Of a stretch of 58,820 nt of DNA, positions 17,620 through 26,242 are shown in pieces. The stretch's first letter is position 1. Every line of letters starts with the position of its first letter. Origin of the DNA: Parcubacteria group bacterium GW2011_GWB1_40_14 (GTDB taxonomy: Bacteria > Patescibacteriota > Minisyncoccia > Terrybacterales > GWB1-40-14); NCBI GenBank assembly GCA_000996085.1, contig LBYG01000002.1:1-58820 (forward strand), given 5' to 3'. Under the pieces are notes generated by a model. It was not told the DNA's origin. It made no database searches and saw only the letters and a program-made list of their open reading frames with translations. The position numbers and the translations under genes are program-made.

Positions 17620-18231
17620 TTAATTTCTGTTTTCTAATGCGCCCCGTAATGTTTCTTCGTCGGCGTATTCTATTTCTCCGCCTGAGGGCATGCCAATGCC
17701 TAAGCGGGTTATTTTTATTTGCGCAGTATTATCTGAAGCAGATAAAATTTCTTGTTTTAGCCAAAGAAAGGCAGCATTACCTTCGGCTGTGGGACTCATG
17801 GCCATTATTATCTCTTTTAAATCTTTATCTTTAAGTGCTCGTTGTTTAAGTTCGTTGATACGTAATGCGCGCGGATCCTGGTTTAGGGATAATCTTCCCC
17901 CAAGTACAAAATATTGTCCACCGAATGCGCCGGCTTTCTCAAGTTGTTCAAGATCGACATCTTCTTCTACGACACATAAAGAATTTTTATCTCTTTCTAT
18001 ATCACGACAGATGGAACAGGTAGAATCTGCGGCATTGGGTGAGAGATGTATATAGCGGAAGCAAATAGAACAATTTTTTACGGATTCAATTTTATCCAAA
18101 ACAAGTTTAAGATCCTGTCTTATTGCGGGATTGCGCAAAATATAAAAAGCGCATCGAAGCGCTTGACGCGGTCCAATGCCGGGTAATTTTTTTATAATAT
18201 CCGCGGTTTCGCGTATTGGAGAGGGCAACAT
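17620..18231 (-). CDS. recR: Recombination protein RecR
   Basis: LPGIGPRQA HhH, C4 zinc finger, CVVE, TOPRIM, GGEIEYAD. Confidence 0.95.
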   Translation of the reverse strand: MLPSPIRETADIIKKLPGIGPRQALRCAFYILRNPAIRQDLKLVLDKIESVKNCSICFRYIHLSPNAADSTCSICRDIERDKNSLCVVEEDVDLEQLEKAGAFGGQYFVLGGRLSLNQDPRALRINELKQRALKDKDLKEIIMAMSPTAEGNAAFLWLKQEILSASDNTAQIKITRLGIGMPSGGEIEYADEETLRGALENRN

Positions 18232-18250
18232 ACGTTCGCGTTTAAAGAAG

Positions 18251-18436
18251 TAGCTGTTTTGTGAGTGACATCCGAAGAGATGGAAGTTGGCGTCATGAAG
18301 AGGTCGCCGAAGGTGCTGTTTGACAAACGAGCTCTAATTTCGAAAAATTTGGGCTGGGGAGGAGTTCATCGAGAGGCGACCGGTTTCGCGACATGCCAAC
18401 AATTTTCCCCGCAGGCAGTCACGAACAAAATTGCTA
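18251..18436. other. 186-nt imperfect rod-like fold-back between dnaB and recR
   Basis: Nested pairs TAGC/GCTA, TTTTGT/ACAAAA, GTGAC/GTCAC, GTTGGC/GCCAAC, GGTCGCC/GGCGACC, apical AGCTCTAATTT-CGAA-AAATTTGGGCT. Confidence 0.6.
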
Positions 18437-18440
18437 ATTC

Positions 18441-19865
18441 TTATACTTCAAAGTGTTTTTCTATATTCCAGAACATTGCACGTTCAGGATCAAAGCGCAG
18501 AGTAATTTCACCTACCGGACCATTTCTGTGTTTGGCAACATGTATTTTGGCTATATTTTTTACGCCCGAGTCCTTTTTAACCATATCTTCGCGCCAGATC
18601 AACATAACCACATCCGCGTCTTGTTCTATTGCGCCTGATTCGCGCAGATCTGAAAGTTTGGGTCTTTGGTCGGGTCTTGCTTCAACAGCGCGGGAAAGCT
18701 GAGAAACGGCTATAACAGGCACGTTTAGTTCGCGGGCCAATGCTTTCAATGAACGCGATATTTCAGTGACCTGTTGGACCATATTGTCTGTATTTGTATG
18801 CGAGGTTATTAATTGCAGATAGTCTACGATAATAAGAGAAAGATCGTGTTTGGCTTGCAGACGGCGTGCCATAGCGCGCATTTGGAGCACTGTTGAAGAA
18901 ACCGCGTCATCAATAAAAATAGGAGCGTCTGCCAATTGGTCTAATGCATCACGCAAACGGTCAAAATCTTCTGTAGATAATCTTCCCGTACGCATTCGCC
19001 ACAGATCAACATTGGCTTGAGCCGCTAATAATCTGTCGACAACCTGTTCTTTGGACATTTCTAAACTGAATATTCCGACGGATTTTTTTTCATTGACCGC
19101 AACATGGCGCGCGATACTTAAGGCTAAAGAAGTTTTACCGATTGACGGTCTTGCGGCAATAACGATCATATCGGAAGGTTGCAGACCGGAAAGCATATTA
19201 TCCATATCAGTAAAACCTGTTGCGACCCCGCGTATAGATCCTTCGTGGTGCGATAATTGTTCTAATCTGTCAAAAGTTTTTGCTAATTCATCTTTAACCG
19301 GGCCGAATTCTTGCGTCATGGCGTGCTGTGAAATAGAGAATATTTTTTGTTCGGCTTCGTCTAAAAGTTCGTCCATGTGTCTTGTCTCATTCCAGCCAAG
19401 TTGTGCGATATGCCATGAAGCATCGATAAGATCGCGTAATAATCTTTTTTTCTGAATTATTTTTGCATAGTGTACTACGTGGGAAGAGGTTGGTACCATA
19501 TTCACCAGACTAGCCAAATATGTACGACCGCCGATATCTTCAAGTACGTTGCCGTCTTTTAATCGTGTTGAAACAGAAAGTATATCAATCGGTTCGTGAT
19601 GAGTAAAAAGATCAAGCATTGCCTGATATATAACCCTGTGTTGTTTGCGATAAAAGTCTTCTGTGCGTAAAAAATCAACAACGCGAATAATAGCGTTGTT
19701 ATCCAAAAGCATGCTTCCAAGCAAAGATTGTTCCGCGTCAATGTCCTGGGGCGGTATACGGCCGGATGGAACCGCTAAAGAAAGATCTGTTTCCGGCATT
19801 GCCAGGAGATCTTTGAGAGTTAAAGCTTCATTTTTTGATTTTTTAGCAAAGGTTTTCTTGGCCAT
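18441..19865 (-). CDS. dnaB: Replicative DNA helicase DnaB
   Basis: PPQDIDAEQSLLG, AARPSIGKT, FSLEMS, VDYLQL, SDLRESGAIEQDAD. Start placed at ATG 19865 (an in-frame ATG also lies at 19910). Confidence 0.95.
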   Translation of the reverse strand: MAKKTFAKKSKNEALTLKDLLAMPETDLSLAVPSGRIPPQDIDAEQSLLGSMLLDNNAIIRVVDFLRTEDFYRKQHRVIYQAMLDLFTHHEPIDILSVSTRLKDGNVLEDIGGRTYLASLVNMVPTSSHVVHYAKIIQKKRLLRDLIDASWHIAQLGWNETRHMDELLDEAEQKIFSISQHAMTQEFGPVKDELAKTFDRLEQLSHHEGSIRGVATGFTDMDNMLSGLQPSDMIVIAARPSIGKTSLALSIARHVAVNEKKSVGIFSLEMSKEQVVDRLLAAQANVDLWRMRTGRLSTEDFDRLRDALDQLADAPIFIDDAVSSTVLQMRAMARRLQAKHDLSLIIVDYLQLITSHTNTDNMVQQVTEISRSLKALARELNVPVIAVSQLSRAVEARPDQRPKLSDLRESGAIEQDADVVMLIWREDMVKKDSGVKNIAKIHVAKHRNGPVGEITLRFDPERAMFWNIEKHFEV

Positions 19866-19933
19866 GCCGTGGTTGTCCCTGAGCAAAGCGAAGGATACAA
19901 CTACGTGCATCCTGAGCGAAGTCGAAGGATTAC
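19863..19933 (-). promoter_or_regulatory. Conserved start-codon-occluding leader hairpin (dnaB copy)
   Basis: GTAATCCTTCGACTTCGCTCAGG-ATGCAC-GTAGTTGT...ACAACCAC-GGCATG, homologous to the leaders of dnaK and grpE. Confidence 0.7.
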
Positions 19934-20010
19934 TTTAATTATTACCAGCTTATCGTTTAAAACCAACACAGGCAATGGTGGATAAAGTGGAGAAAATGTG
20001 GATTGTTGAT

Positions 20011-20165
20011 AGTAGAGGACTTCTGCGCGTGCCATCTTTTCGCTCATTCTCGCCCGCCAACGCGGGCTCCGAGGCCTCGGCCATTTTGGATCCGATGGGC
20101 GCATCGGACACCATGCCAAAATGGCCGCGGAAACTGCTCAAAGATGCACGCACGAAGTCCTATCT
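20011..20165. other. GC-rich multibranch fold-back between cysS and dnaB
   Basis: Outer GGACTTC/GAAGTCC and CATCTTT/AAAGATG; inner CCCGC-CAAC-GCGGG, GGCCATTTTGG/CCAAAATGGCC, TCCGATG-GGCG-CATCGGA. Confidence 0.6.
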
Positions 20166-20202
20166 TTTTTTGAGGAGTTTTTTGGCGCCAACTTCTATCT
20201 CT

Positions 20203-21618
20203 TCAGATTATTCTTTTTAACTTTGGTCCTTGCGGCGTATCTTCAACGACCCAGCCAAGTTCCGAGAGCTGTTTTCTGGTTTGGTCTGCTTCTGCCCAGC
20301 GTTTTTCTTTGCGAAAAAGTTCTCTTTCTTTAGCAAGATCTTTTATTTCCCGGGGCGCGGTTTGTTTGGTGCGTTTTTTGATGATTCCAAAAACTTCGTT
20401 TATTTCTTCAAGTAAATTTATTACGGATTTAGTTTCTCTTTCGGAAAGACTAGAATTATCAAGTAAGGGGTTTATATCTTTAACAAAAGAAAAAAGTATT
20501 GCAAATGCTACCGGTGTATCAAAATCATTGCCGACTGCACGCCAAAAATTTTCCCGGGTATTTTTAATTTTTTCTGCTAAATGATTATTTTCAGAAGAAT
20601 TTCTTTTATTTTGTTTAACACGTTCGTAAAATTCAGCTAATCTTTCCGAAGTTGCTTCTGCCTGTTTAATAAGATCTTCATCGTAATCAATAGGGGAACG
20701 ATAGTGGGCTTGAAGTATCATTAAACGGAAGCTTTCCGCAGAATAATTTTTCAATAGATCGCGAAGCACAATAATATTCCCGATGGATTTTGACATTTTT
20801 TCTCCGCGTACAGTTAAGAATCCTCCGTGGAGCCACATATTTACATATGGTTTTTTATTGCTTATTGCTTCGATCTGGGCAATTTCACATTCGTGATGCG
20901 GGAATATAAGATCTAAAGCGCCGCCATGCATATCATATTGTTGCCCGAAATATTTTTCGGCAATTGCCGTATCTTCAATATGCCAACCCGGTCGGCCCAT
21001 ACCCCACGGGCTAGGCCAAGAGGGTTCGGATTTTTTATCCTGAGCTTTGTCGAAGGATGATCTTTTCCAAAGCGCAAAATCTTTTTGATTTTTCTTTTCC
21101 GGATCGTGTTCTACCCGTTCAGTATGGAATTTGTCTTCAAGTTTTTGTCCGGAAAGTTTGCCGTAGTCATCAAATTTGTTCACTTCAAAATATATTCCTG
21201 AAGAAGCTATATAAGCAAAACCTTTTTCCAGCAGTCTTTCGATTTGGCTTATTATTTCGGCTATGTGGTCGCTGGCTCGAGCATAAATATCTACCGAGTC
21301 TATTTTTAACGCTTTCATGTCTTTTAAGTATTCTTTTTCAAATTCCCGGGCCAACGCTTTAGGCGTTTTATTTGTTAGACGTGCGCGATCAATTATCTTG
21401 TCGTCAACATCCGTTATATTTTGCAGATATCTGACCCTAAGACCGTTTTTTTTGAACGTTTTAACAATTGAATCGAAAACAACATAAATACGTCCATGGC
21501 CTATATGCGATAAGTCATATACAGTCGGGCCGCACACAAAAACATCCAATTTATCTTTCTTAAGCGGTTTTAATTCTTCCTTTTTGCGTGTAAGGGTATT
21601 ATAAAAAACAAACTTCAT
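20203..21618 (-). CDS. cysS: Cysteine--tRNA ligase
   Basis: CGPTVY, HIGH, NITDVDDKII, GRPGWHIE, FPHHECE, KMSKS. Confidence 0.95.
   Translation of the reverse strand: MKFVFYNTLTRKKEELKPLKKDKLDVFVCGPTVYDLSHIGHGRIYVVFDSIVKTFKKNGLRVRYLQNITDVDDKIIDRARLTNKTPKALAREFEKEYLKDMKALKIDSVDIYARASDHIAEIISQIERLLEKGFAYIASSGIYFEVNKFDDYGKLSGQKLEDKFHTERVEHDPEKKNQKDFALWKRSSFDKAQDKKSEPSWPSPWGMGRPGWHIEDTAIAEKYFGQQYDMHGGALDLIFPHHECEIAQIEAISNKKPYVNMWLHGGFLTVRGEKMSKSIGNIIVLRDLLKNYSAESFRLMILQAHYRSPIDYDEDLIKQAEATSERLAEFYERVKQNKRNSSENNHLAEKIKNTRENFWRAVGNDFDTPVAFAILFSFVKDINPLLDNSSLSERETKSVINLLEEINEVFGIIKKRTKQTAPREIKDLAKERELFRKEKRWAEADQTRKQLSELGWVVEDTPQGPKLKRII
21037..21057 (-). repeat. In-frame REP-like palindrome inside cysS (codes SFDKAQD)
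   Basis: TCCTTCGACAAAGCTCAGGAT matches the intergenic palindromes at 19909-19930 and 24128-24149. Confidence 0.75.
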
Positions 21619-21627
21619 ATTATTATT

Positions 21628-22542
21628 TTAAACCCAACGTTTAAATTTGAAGAAAAAGAAAGTTATAACCGTTGAGATTACAACTATAGATGTGACAACC
21701 GCAAAACCATCCGGGTTTTCGCTGAACGGAATATTTTTCAGGTTCATACCGAAAAGAGCGGGAATTATAGAGGGGATCAGCAGAAGAGTAGCATATACGG
21801 CAAGTAAGCGGATATTTTCATTGGTTTTTGTTGATAGAAGGGAATAATTTGTTTGTTCAAGAGTTGACATTGTTTCTTTCTGAGTAACTAAAATATTAAT
21901 TAATCGTGAGTGGGATTCGGCAACGTATTCAAGATAAGGACGCGCGTCTTTTCCCAATAGGGTAGGGCCGGAAACCAATAGATCCTTAAATAAAATTTGC
22001 ATTGGCTCAAGTGTGCGCATGAAATCAATTATTTTTCTTCTTATCTGAGAAATAACCAAAACTATATTTTGCTCTCGGCCTCGGAATATTTCATCTTCAA
22101 TAAAAGCTATTTGCTCTTCAATATTATCAAGTTCTGCGTTTACATTTTCAAATAGTCCGGCAATAAGTCCTTGTATTACCGCTGCCGGTCCGGCTTCAAA
22201 ATATTCCCTTCTGGTTTCTTGTGAGGCCATGCATTTTCCAAAAAAATCACTGACAAAAGGTAATCGGCTCGTGTGACTGGTAATAAGCCAATTTGCGCTT
22301 ATTACCAAATCCAGTTCTTCTATTCTTAATGTTGTACCGGCGCCGTCTTTTTCAATAGGTATTTGTAAGGCTACAAAAATATAATTTCCAAAAACATCTA
22401 TTTTTGGATGACGTGTAGGCAAATTAATATCTTTTATGACCAGAGGATGTAGATTAAATTCTTTTTGTAACCAGGCAATATCGTCTGAACTCGGATTGTC
22501 CAGGTTAACCCACGTCAGATCAGGGTCACGAAGTATTTTCAT
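21628..22542 (-). CDS. corA: CorA family Mg/Co transporter
   Basis: FNLHPL, HPKID, two C-terminal TM helices with FGMN signature. Confidence 0.9.
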   Translation of the reverse strand: MKILRDPDLTWVNLDNPSSDDIAWLQKEFNLHPLVIKDINLPTRHPKIDVFGNYIFVALQIPIEKDGAGTTLRIEELDLVISANWLITSHTSRLPFVSDFFGKCMASQETRREYFEAGPAAVIQGLIAGLFENVNAELDNIEEQIAFIEDEIFRGREQNIVLVISQIRRKIIDFMRTLEPMQILFKDLLVSGPTLLGKDARPYLEYVAESHSRLINILVTQKETMSTLEQTNYSLLSTKTNENIRLLAVYATLLLIPSIIPALFGMNLKNIPFSENPDGFAVVTSIVVISTVITFFFFKFKRWV

Positions 22543-22682
22543 CCCGTTAGAGACAGGAAGCGCTTTTTACGGAAGAGATTAAAGCGCTTCCGTAATATTG
22601 CGTTTGATCCTGTAAAAAATTTACTATCTACAAATAATTATTAAAAAATTTATAATTTCCCGTTAATTTGTCTCTAACGGGA
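22542..22682. mobile_element. MITE-like TIR element, family A copy 3
   Basis: TCCCGTTAGAGACA...TGTCTCTAACGGGA; flanks TTCA/TTCG; its terminal base supplies the A of the corA ATG. Confidence 0.7.
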
Positions 22683-22739
22683 TTCGTGATTTTATTATAT
22701 CATTCTGATGAATTTGGGACAGCGTTTATGGGTACGGGA

Positions 22740-22767
22740 TTGACACCTTACCCTATTTTTATATAAT
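22740..22767 (+). promoter_or_regulatory. Sigma70-type promoter of the hrcA operon
   Basis: TTGACA-16 nt-TATAAT. Confidence 0.75.
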
Positions 22768-22775
22768 GCCTTGTA

Positions 22776-22802
22776 TTAGCAGTCTTACTACTTGAGTGCC
22801 AA
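22776..22802. promoter_or_regulatory. CIRCE operator (HrcA binding site)
   Basis: TTAGCAGTC-N9-GAGTGCCAA versus consensus TTAGCACTC-N9-GAGTGCTAA, directly upstream of hrcA. Confidence 0.9.
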
Positions 22803-22809
22803 AACATAT

Positions 22810-23547
22810 ATGTTTATTTTAACGCCCAGACAACAGAATATTCTTGATGCTATTGTAGAAAAATATATAAATGGCGCCTTACCGATAAGTTCTGATTTTT
22901 TGCGTCGTGAAGGTGGATTTGATTTTAGCGGAGCAACGATAAGAGCAGAAATGGCCGAACTTGAAGCGAGAGGCTTTTTGGTTCAACCCCATACTTCTGC
23001 CGGAAGAACGCCGACTGAAAACGCATATCGTCTTTTTGTTGAACAGCATTCTAATAAGTGGGGTCTTTCTGAAAAGATACGCGAAAAATTCGGGCAAATT
23101 TCCAGATTATGGTCCAAAAATAAACTTGCCGCTTTGGAAACTGCCGCCGATGATATTGCCGGATTTTCTCAAGTAACAAGCATGGTTACATTGACATGGA
23201 ACGATCAGGCTGTTTTTTTGCAACGATTTAGAGATTTTCGTCTTCAGCCCGAATTTTCTTCTCCGGATATCGTCGGTGAGATGTTGTCTGCAATTGAAAT
23301 ATTGGAAAAGAGGCGTAATGAAATTTTGAATTCCGCAGACGCTAATAGAACTTCGGTATTTATCGGAAAAGATATCAAGTTTGGAAAGTTTAATTTTTTG
23401 AGTTTAGTGATACGACCATGGCGGAATAGAAATTCTAGAGCTTCCGGTTTTATCGCAACGGTTGGTCCTTTGCGTATGCATTATGAACGGGCTATTCCCA
23501 CCATAGACTATCTGGGTTCAGTGTTATCTGAGTTTACGGAGGAATAA
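22810..23547 (+). CDS. hrcA: Heat-inducible transcription repressor HrcA (short form)
   Basis: LTPRQQNIL, SGATIRAEMAELE, QPHTSAGRTPT, GPLRMHY. Confidence 0.92.
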   Translation: MFILTPRQQNILDAIVEKYINGALPISSDFLRREGGFDFSGATIRAEMAELEARGFLVQPHTSAGRTPTENAYRLFVEQHSNKWGLSEKIREKFGQISRLWSKNKLAALETAADDIAGFSQVTSMVTLTWNDQAVFLQRFRDFRLQPEFSSPDIVGEMLSAIEILEKRRNEILNSADANRTSVFIGKDIKFGKFNFLSLVIRPWRNRNSRASGFIATVGPLRMHYERAIPTIDYLGSVLSEFTEE

Positions 23548-23562
23548 GTATACATTAATTAA

Positions 23563-23644
23563 GTCCGCCTTCGCCTAAGGCTTTGGCGGATGCACATCGT
23601 TGCATCCGCTCTTCGCAGAAGCGAATCGCGGGCAACGATGGCAG
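23563..23644 (+). promoter_or_regulatory. Conserved start-codon-occluding leader hairpin (grpE copy)
   Basis: TCCGCC...GGCGG-ATGCAC-ATCGTTGC-AT-CCGC...GCGG-GCAACGAT-GGCA. Confidence 0.7.
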
Positions 23645-24105
23645 AAGACAACAATATAAACAATAGCGGAAACGCAGAACCATCTTCCCTCGACTATGAG
23701 GGTCGTTGGAAAAGAGCATTGGCTGATTATGAAAACTATAAAAAAGATGAAATAAAGCGTTTTGCGGCTTTTTCAAAGTTCAGCAAAATGGAAGCTATAC
23801 GTAATCTTTTGCCGCTAATCGATATGCTGGAAAGAGCCTTGAAAAATGTTCCTTCGGAGATAGAAAAATCATCTTGGACTGAAGGCATTCGTCTTATTTA
23901 TGAAGAGTTTTTAAAGCTTTTGAATAAAGAAGGTATTAGAAAGATAGAAACAATCGGAAGAGAGCTTGATCCAAAATATCATGAAGCCGTAGGCAGAACA
24001 GATGAAGACGGGGAAGAAGTTGTAGAAGAAGTAAGATCGGGTTTTATAACCGAAGACGACTTTATTGTGCGTCCTGCACAAGTTAAAATAGGAAAACAAA
24101 AATAA
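23638..24105 (+). CDS. grpE: Nucleotide exchange factor GrpE
   Basis: RALADYENYKK, LLPLID, DPKYHEAV, VRPAQV. Start placed at the second ATG (in-frame ATG also at 23590). Confidence 0.92.
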   Translation: MAEDNNINNSGNAEPSSLDYEGRWKRALADYENYKKDEIKRFAAFSKFSKMEAIRNLLPLIDMLERALKNVPSEIEKSSWTEGIRLIYEEFLKLLNKEGIRKIETIGRELDPKYHEAVGRTDEDGEEVVEEVRSGFITEDDFIVRPAQVKIGKQK

Positions 24106-24124
24106 ATAATTTTATCTAATTCTA

Positions 24125-24196
24125 GTAATCCCTCGACTTCGCTCGGGATGCACATTGTTGCAACCGCTCTCGAAGTTCGCGGGCAACAATGGCATG
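24125..24196 (+). promoter_or_regulatory. Conserved start-codon-occluding leader hairpin (dnaK copy)
   Basis: GTAATCCCTCGACTTCGCTCGGG-ATGCAC-ATTGTTGC-AA-CCGC...GCGG-GCAACAAT-GGCATG. Confidence 0.7.
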
Positions 24197-26098
24197 TCAA
24201 AAGTATTAGGTATCGATCTTGGCACAACCAATTCTGCTATGGCGGTAATGGAAAATGGAGAGCCTAAGATTCTAGAAAATTCTGAAGGCGTAAGAACCAC
24301 TCCTTCTATTGTTTCTATAAATAAATCCGGCGAAAGAGCTGTTGGTGTTTTAGCTAAGCGTCAGGCTGTGACTAACGCTGAAAACACAATTTTTTCAGCT
24401 AAAAGACTCATCGGCAGGAGGTTTTCGGATATTGAAGTTCAAAGAGATAAAGAATGGCTTCCTTATACTATTCGTGAATCATCGAACGGTGGAGTTGAAA
24501 TAAAAATGGGAGATAAGTGGTATGCTCCTCAGGAAATCTCCGCAATGATTTTGTCGAAACTCAAAGCTAACGCTGAAGCAAGATTAGGAACCACAATAAC
24601 CGATGCGGTTATCACTGTACCGGCTTATTTTGATGATGCTCAAAGAAAATCAACTAAGGAAGCGGGAGAAATTGCAGGTTTTAATGTTAGACGGATAATT
24701 AATGAGCCCACAGCCGCTGCTTTGGCATATGGATTAGAAAAGAAAAAGAATGAAAAAATTGTAGTTTATGATTTTGGCGGAGGAACATTTGATGTTTCGG
24801 TCCTTGAAATTTCTGAAAATACCGTTGAAGTTAAAGCCACAGGCGGTGATACGCATTTGGGCGGAGACGATCTTGATAAGAAGATTATTGGCTGGCTGAT
24901 TGATGAATTTAAAAAAGATCAGGGTATAGATCTATCTAAAGACAAATTAGCCTTACAACGACTCAAAGAAGGAGCTGAACGCGCCAAACTTGAACTCTCG
25001 AGTACAAATGAAACCGAAATCAATATACCTTTTATTACTTCGGACGCTCAGGGACCGAAACATCTTTTGCTTAAATTAAGTCGCGCTCAATTTGAAGAAT
25101 TGGTTCATGATTATATAGAGAGATCCGTACAGATAGTAAAAGATGTCGTTGGTGAAGCTAAATTTTCATTATCGGATATTAATGAAGTGGTAATGGTTGG
25201 TGGGCAGACTAGAATGCCGGCCATTCAAGAGGCGGTAGGCAAACTTTTTGGCAAGGAGCCTCATATGGGGATTAATCCTGATGAGGTTGTGGCTATTGGA
25301 GCTGCTGCGCAAGGTGGTATTATGGAAGGAGAGGTACACGATGTTCTTTTACTCGATGTTACACCCTTATCTTTGGGCATTGAAACGTTGGGTAACGTGA
25401 TGACCCCTATTATTGAGAAAAATACAACGATTCCTGTCTCAAAAGCCCAAGTTTTTTCAACTGCAGCCGATAATCAACCCTCTGTAGAGATACATGTTTT
25501 GCAGGGCGAAAGAACATTAGCCAACGACAATAAAACATTGGCCAGATTCATACTGGATGGTCTTCCGCCTTCTCCAAGAGGGGTGCCTCAAGTTGAAGTT
25601 ACATTTGATATTGATGCTAACGGTATTTTGAACGTTACAGCTAAGGATAAAGCTACAGGTAAGGCTCAAACTGTTCGTGTAGAAGCATCAACCGGACTAT
25701 CAAAAGAAGAGGTAGAAAGAATGAAAAAAGATGCAGAAATGCACGCAGATGAAGACCGCAAAAAGAAGGAAACTGTTGAAGCTCGTAATACATCAGACGC
25801 ACTGATATATTCTACAGAACGTGTTTTGCGTGAAAATTCCGAAAAAATTTCTCAGGATATCCGAAAAGATGTCGAAGATAAATTAAAAACCTTGAAAGAG
25901 GTTAAAGATAAAGATGATATAGCTGCAATTCGAAGAGCTATGGAAGATCTATCCCAAGCCGCTCAAAAAATCGGCTCTACGTTGTATAGCAAAGAGCAGA
26001 GCGCGGGACCTCAAGATTCTTCGCAGAGTGATTCAGCTGAGAAGCCTGCCGATGTTGAAGACGGGCAAACCGAAGAGTCAGGAGACAATAAAGCATAA
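24194..26098 (+). CDS. dnaK: Chaperone DnaK
   Basis: [41 protein letters not shown]. Confidence 0.97.
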   Translation: MSKVLGIDLGTTNSAMAVMENGEPKILENSEGVRTTPSIVSINKSGERAVGVLAKRQAVTNAENTIFSAKRLIGRRFSDIEVQRDKEWLPYTIRESSNGGVEIKMGDKWYAPQEISAMILSKLKANAEARLGTTITDAVITVPAYFDDAQRKSTKEAGEIAGFNVRRIINEPTAAALAYGLEKKKNEKIVVYDFGGGTFDVSVLEISENTVEVKATGGDTHLGGDDLDKKIIGWLIDEFKKDQGIDLSKDKLALQRLKEGAERAKLELSSTNETEINIPFITSDAQGPKHLLLKLSRAQFEELVHDYIERSVQIVKDVVGEAKFSLSDINEVVMVGGQTRMPAIQEAVGKLFGKEPHMGINPDEVVAIGAAAQGGIMEGEVHDVLLLDVTPLSLGIETLGNVMTPIIEKNTTIPVSKAQVFSTAADNQPSVEIHVLQGERTLANDNKTLARFILDGLPPSPRGVPQVEVTFDIDANGILNVTAKDKATGKAQTVRVEASTGLSKEEVERMKKDAEMHADEDRKKKETVEARNTSDALIYSTERVLRENSEKISQDIRKDVEDKLKTLKEVKDKDDIAAIRRAMEDLSQAAQKIGSTLYSKEQSAGPQDSSQSDSAEKPADVEDGQTEESGDNKA

Positions 26099-26104
26099 AT
26101 TATG

Positions 26105-26241
26105 CCAGGTAGTGAAATTCGACCGTTCCGCTAAAAGCGGAACAAAAGTATCTGGCAAACAATACAATAAAATTAATAAATAAAAGTTTAAACACGAAAT
26201 TCGTTAATTAAAAATGTAAAAGTCGAATTTCTACTACCTGG
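26105..26241 (+). mobile_element. Start-codon-inserted TIR element, family B copy 2
   Basis: TATG|CCAGGTAGTGAAATTCGAC...GTCGAATTTCTACTACCTGG|TATG. Confidence 0.85.
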
Positions 26242-26242
26242 T

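Noticed and set aside
18265..18702. 145-aa + strand ORF and short ORFs at 19901-20333
   Set aside because: Antisense to dnaB or cysS, or lying in GC-rich hairpin DNA; no protein features
24155..24193. ORF-track TTG start for dnaK (and TTG start for hrcA at 22792)
   Set aside because: These lie inside the leader hairpin or the CIRCE site; conserved N-termini begin at ATG 24194 and ATG 22810
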